Origin: an uncultured Acidobacteriota bacterium
GTDB taxonomy: Bacteria > Acidobacteriota > UBA6911
NCBI GenBank assembly: GCA_964506795.1
Contig: CAZDMR010000006.1
Span: 11,275 to 75,274 of the forward strand
Direction: 5' to 3'
DNA: 64,000 nt
This document shows positions 37,695-46,110 of the stretch, piece after piece (position 1 is the first letter of the stretch; each line of letters starts with the position of its first letter). The translations under genes were made by a program, and so were the position numbers. Below the pieces are notes generated by a model that worked only from the letters and a program-made list of their open reading frames with translations, ran no database searches and was not told where the DNA came from.

Positions 37695-37874
37695 TCACCT
37701 ACGGCGCCTCAATGAAAACTGCGCCTTCCCCTGCGCCGGATAATATATTCGATAGATTCGCCCGCCGCGGTCGTCCGAAACCAGTAGGGCGCCGTCTGGC
37801 ATCACCAGGACATCGACAGGGCGGCCGAATCCCTCGCTGTCCACGAGCCAGCCTTCCGCAAAAACTCTTTTCAT
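37695..37874 (-). pseudogene. chimeric 59-codon ORF: first 6 codons identical to the glycosidase gene start, fused to a C-terminal beta-propeller fragment (PQQ-sugar-dehydrogenase/SMP-30-like)
   Basis: Hand translation gives MKRVFA|EGWLVDSEGFGRPVDVLVMPDGALLVSDDRGGRIYRIYYPAQGK... The duplicated block begins exactly at the ATG. Confidence 0.4.
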
Positions 37875-37999
37875 TAGAATCCCCTGCTTATTCCCGATTT
37901 GCCAGTGAATGACAACTGTCTGTTGCTAAACTCGGCTTGCCGGCTTAAAACTGAATTCATCGTTGGGTTCCTGAACCAATGAAACCGTATTCTAGAGGC

Positions 38000-40126
38000 C
38001 TACCGCACCGTAAAACGAATTTCGTCCAAGACGGTGCCGTCCTCTTGCTCGATTGAAAGCCTATAAGCGCCCAACTGAGGCTCCCATAATCGGTCGCCTT
38101 CGGCGGGGCCGAGAGCGGCGCCATTGAGTTTAAGAATTATGGAAGCGTTTGCGCCTTTAACGGAGAGCGGCACACGCTGCCGCTCCCGCGGAATATCGGG
38201 ATCGATTGCAATCACCATGCCGTCCGCCGGACTTGTGATGCGCGGGATCTCGCCGCGGGAGCCAACGGCAACAACGCGCTGCGTCATCGTATCCCCCAAG
38301 AACCATTCGCTCCGCGGCGGCTCAACGGGAGGCGAAAACTCAACGGGGCCGGCCGATACTCCCTTCGGCGCGCGGGGCGCTTGAAAAGGCCGCCCTGCGT
38401 GCAATTCCGCCATGACTTCCTGCCAGACAGGCGCGGCGCCCGTTACGCCGCTCACATCGTGCATCGAATCGCCTTCAAAATTTCCAACCCATACGGCAAC
38501 CGTGAAGAGCCTGGAAAACCCCACGCACCAGTTGTCGCGCATGTCTTTGCTGGTTCCGGTCTTGGCTGCGCTCCAGTATGGAGTGTTGAGATAGTTGGCA
38601 AGGCCGAAAGTCACGGTTCGAGCCGCGCGGTCGCTTAAGATATCGTCAATGATAAAACTGGCGTCCTCCGACATTACGCGCCGCTCCGCAGCCGCGCCGC
38701 CGGTCTGCAGGCGAATCGGCGTCCAGCGCCCTCCCCGCGCAAGGGCGCGGTACGCCTGCGCCTGTTCCCAAAGGCTCACTTCGGCCGAACCCAGCGCCAG
38801 GGAATATCCGTAGAATTCCGCGCTTTCGGTGATACCCAAATAACCAAGCCTGCATAACCGGTCGCGGAATGCGTCGACGCCTACCAGCATCAGAGCGCGC
38901 ACGGCGGGGATATTCAAGGAACCCCCGAGGGCCGTGCGGACGCTCACCAGTCCTTTGTAATCCTGCTCATAATCCTGCGGATGATAGAGTCCGCTCGCGG
39001 TTTCAAGATTTAGAGGAGCATCTTCCAGCAAAGAAGCCGCGGTTAGATAACGCCGTTCCAGCGCAATTCCGTACAGGAACGGTTTCAGCGTCGAGCCGGC
39101 TTGCCGCCTTGCCCGCACGCCGTCAACCTCGCCTGCGCTTGACTGAGGGCCGGCCGAACCGACATAGGCAAGCACTTCGCCGCTGTCATTGTCGACCACA
39201 AGGACGGCTCCGTCGCGAACGTTGCGCCCCTCAAGGCCGGAAAGATGCCGGCTCAGTATATCCCGCGCCAGCCGTTGCGTGCGTCCATCCAGCGTGGTGT
39301 GGACGCGCGCCCCCGGCTTTTTGGCTAACATGCGCGCCACATGCGGGGCCATCGGGATTGACAAATCCTCCGCGGCAGGCCGCGCAAAGAGATCGGCCGC
39401 CGCGCCGCGAATAGCTTCGCAGCTTATAGGCAGTCCTCGCGATGCGGCTCTTGCGCAAGCTCGCTCCACAATGCGTTCTTTTGCCGCATTCGGAGCCGGC
39501 AGCAAAGCGGCCAGCACGAGGCTTTCAGCCAGATTGAGCCCGGACGGCGCTTTGTCGGCGAGCAGCCGGGCGGCGGCGCCGATCCCTTGAAGTTCCCCGC
39601 GATAGCCGAGCAAATTCAGATATGCCTCGAGAATCTGCTCCTTGCTCCAGCGAGCTTCCAGCCGCTGCGCGGCCCTCATTTGAGCGCACTTGCGCTTCAG
39701 CGCGGAACTCTCACGCCTCGCCGGCACTCCCGCATCGATCAGAGCCGCGAGCTGCATGGTAATGGTGCTGCCGCCCCGGATGCGCCTGTGGATGACGTAA
39801 TCCTTAACCGCGCCGATCATGCCGAGCCAGTCTACGCCGGAGTGACTCCAGAATCGCCGGTCCTCGCCGTCGATAACGGCTTCCACAAGCGCCGGCGAAA
39901 CTGCCTCCAACTCGACCCATTCGAAGCGCCTCACGCCGTAGTTCACGCGCACGCTGTCGAGCGGATCCCCGTGCCGGTCGAGGACATAGGCTTCCGAAGG
40001 CACCCATCTTGATTTCACGGCCTCAAATTCGGGGACATTGGGATACGGCCGAAAGACCATCACCGCAATACCGGCGGCAACAGCGACGCCGGCAATCATC
40101 AGGATTGGACCAAACCGCCGTATCAT
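38000..40126 (-). CDS. pbpC: penicillin-binding protein 1C (transglycosylase GT51 + transpeptidase + PbpC C-terminal domain)
   Basis: GT51 motifs (EDRRFWSHSGVD, RGGSTITMQLA), a transpeptidase region and the PbpC-specific C-terminal domain. Its start overlaps the A2M stop. Confidence 0.9.
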   Translation of the reverse strand: MIRRFGPILMIAGVAVAAGIAVMVFRPYPNVPEFEAVKSRWVPSEAYVLDRHGDPLDSVRVNYGVRRFEWVELEAVSPALVEAVIDGEDRRFWSHSGVDWLGMIGAVKDYVIHRRIRGGSTITMQLAALIDAGVPARRESSALKRKCAQMRAAQRLEARWSKEQILEAYLNLLGYRGELQGIGAAARLLADKAPSGLNLAESLVLAALLPAPNAAKERIVERACARAASRGLPISCEAIRGAAADLFARPAAEDLSIPMAPHVARMLAKKPGARVHTTLDGRTQRLARDILSRHLSGLEGRNVRDGAVLVVDNDSGEVLAYVGSAGPQSSAGEVDGVRARRQAGSTLKPFLYGIALERRYLTAASLLEDAPLNLETASGLYHPQDYEQDYKGLVSVRTALGGSLNIPAVRALMLVGVDAFRDRLCRLGYLGITESAEFYGYSLALGSAEVSLWEQAQAYRALARGGRWTPIRLQTGGAAAERRVMSEDASFIIDDILSDRAARTVTFGLANYLNTPYWSAAKTGTSKDMRDNWCVGFSRLFTVAVWVGNFEGDSMHDVSGVTGAAPVWQEVMAELHAGRPFQAPRAPKGVSAGPVEFSPPVEPPRSEWFLGDTMTQRVVAVGSRGEIPRITSPADGMVIAIDPDIPRERQRVPLSVKGANASIILKLNGAALGPAEGDRLWEPQLGAYRLSIEQEDGTVLDEIRFTVR

Positions 40127-43100
40127 TTTACAGGCTCCACGACCATCGCCGCGTTTGGAAATTCACCGAGCATTTCCGGCGCATATAACGCTTCGACGCG
40201 CGTCGCAGGCAGAAGGAACGTTCCGGGATTGTTGAGACGCACGGTGTACTCTACTGTCCACTTCCCTTTGGGGACAAACCGGTAGTAAGCGCGGAACGCT
40301 TCGAAGCGGCGCTCTTCAAATGCCGGCCAAACCCAGCCCTCCCGGCGCTCCCCCCGCTGCAGGATCCGAGATTGCCCGCCGAGACCCGAACCCAAAGCAG
40401 TCGCTCCGCCTGGGATGGGATCGTCAACGACGACCCAACTCATGTCGGATTGTGCTTCAAGTTCCAGCCGCACCCGCGCCACGTCGCCCGCAGTCCAGCG
40501 GCCCTTGACTGCCTGAGCGACCGGAATTACCGCCCGGCTTATTTTGTAGCCGGTCGACAAAGGAGCATCGAGGGGCAAAGCCGCAGTCGTTCGCAGCATG
40601 AGCCAGGGACTTCCCGCCCCTTGATGTTTCACATCGAGTGTGCCGCGCCCGGCATCCCAGGGCAAAACAATAGTGCCCGCGCCGGCCGCACGCGGCCAGG
40701 TTACGGATTTCTTCTCCGCGGCATATTGGACGGAGGTGGCGCCTGAAACAGGAGTCGATTCGAAAGCGGCGGAAAACTTTTCAAGAGCGAGCACTCCCCA
40801 TGCATTGGCGACCGTCGTATTCCAATGCCCGCGCTGCTGCCTGCCGAGAGCGCCGCGCACGAGACGCGGGATATCTTCACGCCAGTCCGGTTCCCCCAGC
40901 ACCGCCAGCAGCATGCGCACGGCGTTGGAATCTTCGGAAATCATAAGCCACCAGAGGGCATCGCTGCGCTCCGTCGAGAATCCCATAATCGTACCCTGAA
41001 AGTTAAGCCGCGATCGCAGGATGCTTAGAGCCGTCCGGCGTTCTTCCGGCGCATTCGGGATGCCCTGAACACGCTCCAGGATACCAAGCCAATCAATCAC
41101 GGCCGAGGTCGGCCACAGATTCGGCTCTATTGTAATGCTGTCCAGCATATCGGCCCGGGCCGCGCCGTATCGCGACAGGGCATCGATCGCCGCAACTTTG
41201 CGAATGGCAAGATCGGCGGTCGGCAAAGCCGAGCGCCGCACAATTCGGCCTTCAACAAAACCGGTCAGCGCCTGTATAAGGCCCTGCCTTAGGGAATAAG
41301 GAATTTCCCATCCCGCTTCCTGCCCGATCGCAAGCACATAAGCCGTCAGTGTGTCCTCTCCCTCAAGCCATCTTGTGGGAAAGTACTTGAGCAAACCATC
41401 CCGGTCCGTATAGGCGGGAAGCCGGTTCATCCACGAATTCCACCAGCTGCGATCACGCAGCGCAACTGCCCGCGAGATGCTCTGCTCGAGGCAGACGTAC
41501 GAATAGAACTGCATATATTCGCGGACGCCTTCCAGATTATCCCCGAGCTTAGCGCGGAGGTCGACCTCCAGGCCGCCGCGTCCGGAAATAGAGCCCTTCG
41601 GCCGCTCGGCCGGCATTGACAAAGGCCCTGTCAATTGCGCAATGGTTGCTTGATAGGTCCGCACCGGATAGGCTGGAATCACGTTTTGGACGACTTTCAA
41701 CGAATCCAGCACGGTCCCGTTCGGTCCCGTTGCATTGACCGTCCAGGTTATCTTTTCATAGCCGACCGGAGCCTCAAACCGCCACACGACCTTGCGCGCT
41801 TCGCCGGCTCGCAGCGCGAGGGCTGCGTTCAATGCTTGCGGTGAAGATGCCGGCTTTGACGGGACCGTTTCGGCATCCAATTCGAGTTGAATCTCGCGGT
41901 CGGTCGTATTGCGCACGGTAAAGGAAGCCGCATAGCGGTCGCCTTCCCGCACCAGGGGCGGCAGGCCCGACATTAAGATCAAATCCTGAGTCGTCGCAAT
42001 GGCCGCCGTGCCCGTGCCGAAAAGCTGGGCGCCGCTGTGCGCGATCGCGGCAATGCGAAACGACGTCATGGAATCGTTCAGGGGGACCGTTACCATTGCC
42101 TCGCCGTTGGCATCCAACACAACGCGCGCGCGCCACATAAGCAGCGTGTCGAAGAGCTCGCGCGCGACTTCTCTTCCGCCGCCTCCGCCGTGGAGCACCG
42201 CCTTCTTGCCGTAATGCCTTTTTCCGACGACTTGCATCTGCGCTGTTGAAGTCCAGACTTCAAGCCCCCTTATGCCCATCATGGCTTCGAGCAGAGCCCA
42301 GCTGCGGTTGGGCATGAGCTCAAGGAGCGCTTCGTCCACGGCGGCGATGGCGACTTCCGTTCCTGCAGGCAGCCTGCCGCCGTTGGCGCGCGTCACTTTG
42401 ATACGCACCTTGGCTTTCTCCCGCACGCGGTATGTTGTTTGTTCCGGAGTGACGCGCACATCCAGGCGATGAGGCTTCCAGCCGACGCGAATCTCGGCCA
42501 TCCCCAGACGATAAGCCGGCTTGTTCAAATCGACGAGCGCGGTGATGTCGGCGTCGCCTGGCCCGTTACGTGCCTTTGAACTCTCGCTGCGGGCCACGCG
42601 GCCGCGCACTGCAAGAACCGATACGAAAACGTTTGGAGCAAAATTGTCCTTGATAGGCACTTCGATTCTTGGCTCGCGGCCGTTCAGTTTGGTGACAAAA
42701 CTCTCAAGGATTCCTTCGCGCTCAACGGTGACGAGCGCCGTCGCCGACCGGAAGGGCATGCGCACCTGAAAGCGGGCCGTCTGACCGCTTTCGTATTCCT
42801 TTTCCTCCGGCAATAGATCCATGCGGTCGCCCGACGTGCCGCCGAACCACCAGTCGTCCTCTCCGACAACCCAGATAGACGCTGTTGCGAGCGCGGGATT
42901 GCCGGCCTTGTCCTGCGTTTCAGCCCGCAGCAGTATTTCTCCCGATACCCCGGGCGCAATTTCACAAACGAGAAGGCCCTGCGCATTGGTTTTTCCGGCG
43001 CAGCTCGTCGGGAGTTTTTTGGTCTCGGTTATTGTGCTGTAAGCATAGAAACCGCCTATCAGCCGCTTGCGGTAGGAATATGCTTTTGCTTGAAAAAGGT

Positions 43101-45957
43101 TTACGGCAATAGGCTGTCCCGCAATCGGACGGCCTTCCAGATCAAGCGCCACGACGCGAAAGCGCATCTGTTTTTCGCTCGCCGCCCATCCCTCGCGCCG
43201 GATGCCGAGACTTATCGCAGACGGCAAGAGCCGAACGCGTCCGGTGCTCGTCAGGAGTTCGCCGTTTGGGTCGGCATATTCGAGCTCTGCCAAAAGTTGC
43301 GCCGGTTTCTCCATAACGGGCAGATTGGGAACCGTCACGCGCGCAACGCCGTGCGCATCTAGCGTCAAAGGCATCACCCTGGCCTTCATCGCGCCGGGCG
43401 CTGCAGAATCCGCATCCTGTGAACCGGACGCTTCGCCGCCTTCAAAATCATAGTCGTACCGCGAGCCGCTTGACTCGACAACGCCCTCTTTGACCTCGGA
43501 GCCCCCGAACTGAAAATCCTCATAGCCGGCATATCGCATCGGCCGCGGCTCGACGATCGCCCGCAGAGTCACAGGAAGGTTGGAAGCGCCTCCGCCCGAC
43601 ATATAGGCGACCTGTAAATCGAGCGTGACCTCACGTGAATTTACTAACGGCTTAGCGGGTCCCTGCACCGCCGCGCGCATGGTTGGGAGGCGGAACTCTT
43701 CTACCTTAAAACCGCCGCTCCGGCGCTTCACGCCCCCGGAAAATTCCACGGCAATGGCATAGTCCCCGAGCTTCGCCTCTTTCGGTATCGTCCACGCGTG
43801 CTCCGCTATCCCGTCGGCGCCGAACGATGCGGTAAGCTCGTAATTTTGGTCGCTTCCCATGTGAGAGATGACGACTTTGCGTGTTGCAGCCTCGTCCTGA
43901 GGAATTCCGATACCGTCGCTGTGATGGCGCCTGATGAAATGCTTCATCGAAACGGTTTCGCCGGCGCGGAACAGCGGACGATCAAGCACGGTGTGCACGA
44001 TATCCGCTCTCCACTCCGACCCGATCTGAAGGCCGAAATTGTATGGTCGGATGCCCTCGTTCCAGCTCGATATGGCAAAACTGAAGTCTTCGCCCTTCTG
44101 AGCCGTCACCATCAATGGGCCCCCGCCCAACTTTCCACAGTACTCGCCCGAATGCGGTTCCCCCAAGGAACTCTCGATCAGGGCGATTCCATCGCTATCG
44201 GTGCGGCCCTGCCAGAGAAATGAACCGTAGCAGTAATTAATGATATAAACTGTGGCGTCCCGGACGGGATTGCCGTCATCGAGGCGCGTCACCCAGACGC
44301 GGGATTTTTCCCGGCCCCATTTAAAATGCACGGCCATATTAGTAACCAGCGCTGATGTTGCAACGTAGCGGACTTCGTCGCCTCCGAGCAGTGAAGCGCC
44401 GAGGGTGCGGCTTTCCAGTTCTACAACGTAGAAGCCGGGATCTTTCAGCGGGATACCCACGACTTCAGTTTCGCTGCTCCCCAGCGCTTTATTTATCTTG
44501 AAGGGCGTTGTTTCTTCCCAACTGTGGAACACCGAAGCGGCGCCTGTCTCTGTTCTAAAGACGGAGCGTTTTTTTTCATCGTCAAAGATCCATGTGCCCC
44601 TGGACTCGGCCGCCTCTTTGACCCGCCACAGCCAGTCTGCAATATCGGCCGGATCCTTGCCTAGGCGCATGATTCTCCCTGGGATTTCGATCCGGCGCGC
44701 CGGCAGTTCCGCTTCGACATTGCGAAGGGTGACAGGCAGGATGCCGCCTTCCTTCAATTCAAGGATGCCGAATTCCCCCGAAAATTTGGCAAGCGGCGGA
44801 TATTCATCCACGCGGAGCTCGAGCGGAAACCGCGCGGCATTCTCAAGCGGACGCCCGGCATCGTCGACGATTCCTTCAGGCAGGCTCACCATGACCGTGC
44901 TGGAAGCCGGGAAAGGACCTTTGAAATTCAGAAATTCCAAGGCCGGTTCCTGCCCCGCCGCAGTCTCGTCCGGCTTGTAAACTGTCCCGTCGGGCGCCGT
45001 AAGACGCACGCCCGCCACCTTCGCGCGCGGCACGGGAGCGCTGAACCGCACCGTGATCGGAAGCATCGGCATGCATCCGGCGCGCGCGTTGACGCGCGAG
45101 CATTCCACCCGGGCCGTAAAGGCCGGCCGCACACGGAAAACGAGCCTTTGATCCTGTGCGGTCGCGGGGCCCCCTGTCGCTGCGATTCCGGCGCCCCAGA
45201 CCAGATCCACGCGCGCCGCGGAGGGGAAGCGCCTCCTGCATCGGCCGACAAGGATCGCTGCCTCCGCCGCTTCGAGATTGCGGTCCCGGACCCGCGCCTG
45301 CGACGTGCGGCCGCTTTTCCAGAGCAGCTCATAATACGCGTAGCCCAGCTCCGCGCGCTGCGCGAGTATTTGCTTGCGGGCATTGCCCGCCAAGATTTCA
45401 ATCGGGATCCTTTCGGACAACTCGCCAATCACGAAATAGGCATTCCGCCGGACAGTCGCCGGGAGCGCGGGCGCATCAAGCTTGAGCAGGAACACCTGCT
45501 CCTCGTCAATCTCCCGCCAGCCGTCCCGAGGAAAGGACGCGATAATTGCCGGCCCGCCCGTGTCAAAAAGAAACTTGCGCTTTCCCGCAACGGGCGTTCC
45601 GTCAAGGGATGCTAGTCCATCTTTCATAATGAATTCGCATCGCACTCCGGCGGGCAGATCTCTGTCAAAATCATAAATCCAGTTGCGTCCGTCCGCCCAT
45701 CGTCCTTTGCCGGGCTCCGGGCAGTTGACGGTAAAAGGATCGGAAAGACGCGGATCGCCGAGCGCAACCATCGGCAACGTAAACCGCGCGGTTGCCTGCC
45801 GTACTCTTTTGACGGTTCCCTCAGGAGAAAAGAATTCCACCTGGGCGGCCTGTGCGCCCAGGCTTGAAACGCAGAAGCCCGCGCCGGCCAACGAGGCAAA
45901 CAGAATTCCCGTCACGCAGCGCAGGCGGCGCGCAAAACGATTCTTTATGGCCGACAT
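40123..45957 (-). CDS. yfhM: bacterial alpha-2-macroglobulin family protein (YfhM/ECAM-like), thioester-containing
   Basis: 1944-aa secreted protein with MG-domain architecture. Thioester motif CLEQ is encoded at ~41483-41494. The A2M-pbpC pairing is the classic operon arrangement. Confidence 0.9.
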   Translation of the reverse strand: MSAIKNRFARRLRCVTGILFASLAGAGFCVSSLGAQAAQVEFFSPEGTVKRVRQATARFTLPMVALGDPRLSDPFTVNCPEPGKGRWADGRNWIYDFDRDLPAGVRCEFIMKDGLASLDGTPVAGKRKFLFDTGGPAIIASFPRDGWREIDEEQVFLLKLDAPALPATVRRNAYFVIGELSERIPIEILAGNARKQILAQRAELGYAYYELLWKSGRTSQARVRDRNLEAAEAAILVGRCRRRFPSAARVDLVWGAGIAATGGPATAQDQRLVFRVRPAFTARVECSRVNARAGCMPMLPITVRFSAPVPRAKVAGVRLTAPDGTVYKPDETAAGQEPALEFLNFKGPFPASSTVMVSLPEGIVDDAGRPLENAARFPLELRVDEYPPLAKFSGEFGILELKEGGILPVTLRNVEAELPARRIEIPGRIMRLGKDPADIADWLWRVKEAAESRGTWIFDDEKKRSVFRTETGAASVFHSWEETTPFKINKALGSSETEVVGIPLKDPGFYVVELESRTLGASLLGGDEVRYVATSALVTNMAVHFKWGREKSRVWVTRLDDGNPVRDATVYIINYCYGSFLWQGRTDSDGIALIESSLGEPHSGEYCGKLGGGPLMVTAQKGEDFSFAISSWNEGIRPYNFGLQIGSEWRADIVHTVLDRPLFRAGETVSMKHFIRRHHSDGIGIPQDEAATRKVVISHMGSDQNYELTASFGADGIAEHAWTIPKEAKLGDYAIAVEFSGGVKRRSGGFKVEEFRLPTMRAAVQGPAKPLVNSREVTLDLQVAYMSGGGASNLPVTLRAIVEPRPMRYAGYEDFQFGGSEVKEGVVESSGSRYDYDFEGGEASGSQDADSAAPGAMKARVMPLTLDAHGVARVTVPNLPVMEKPAQLLAELEYADPNGELLTSTGRVRLLPSAISLGIRREGWAASEKQMRFRVVALDLEGRPIAGQPIAVNLFQAKAYSYRKRLIGGFYAYSTITETKKLPTSCAGKTNAQGLLVCEIAPGVSGEILLRAETQDKAGNPALATASIWVVGEDDWWFGGTSGDRMDLLPEEKEYESGQTARFQVRMPFRSATALVTVEREGILESFVTKLNGREPRIEVPIKDNFAPNVFVSVLAVRGRVARSESSKARNGPGDADITALVDLNKPAYRLGMAEIRVGWKPHRLDVRVTPEQTTYRVREKAKVRIKVTRANGGRLPAGTEVAIAAVDEALLELMPNRSWALLEAMMGIRGLEVWTSTAQMQVVGKRHYGKKAVLHGGGGGREVARELFDTLLMWRARVVLDANGEAMVTVPLNDSMTSFRIAAIAHSGAQLFGTGTAAIATTQDLILMSGLPPLVREGDRYAASFTVRNTTDREIQLELDAETVPSKPASSPQALNAALALRAGEARKVVWRFEAPVGYEKITWTVNATGPNGTVLDSLKVVQNVIPAYPVRTYQATIAQLTGPLSMPAERPKGSISGRGGLEVDLRAKLGDNLEGVREYMQFYSYVCLEQSISRAVALRDRSWWNSWMNRLPAYTDRDGLLKYFPTRWLEGEDTLTAYVLAIGQEAGWEIPYSLRQGLIQALTGFVEGRIVRRSALPTADLAIRKVAAIDALSRYGAARADMLDSITIEPNLWPTSAVIDWLGILERVQGIPNAPEERRTALSILRSRLNFQGTIMGFSTERSDALWWLMISEDSNAVRMLLAVLGEPDWREDIPRLVRGALGRQQRGHWNTTVANAWGVLALEKFSAAFESTPVSGATSVQYAAEKKSVTWPRAAGAGTIVLPWDAGRGTLDVKHQGAGSPWLMLRTTAALPLDAPLSTGYKISRAVIPVAQAVKGRWTAGDVARVRLELEAQSDMSWVVVDDPIPGGATALGSGLGGQSRILQRGERREGWVWPAFEERRFEAFRAYYRFVPKGKWTVEYTVRLNNPGTFLLPATRVEALYAPEMLGEFPNAAMVVEPVK

Positions 45958-46110
45958 GCAGTGTATCTCCCTGTGATATAGGCGGTTGATTTCTATTTAT
46001 AGGAAAATAGTATCACGCGTCCGGACAATTGTCATACGGAATGGCGCCGACACGCATCCAAACGATGATTCTTGACCTTCAATCCCCGACTTTCGGCCTT
46101 TTGCTTTTTT

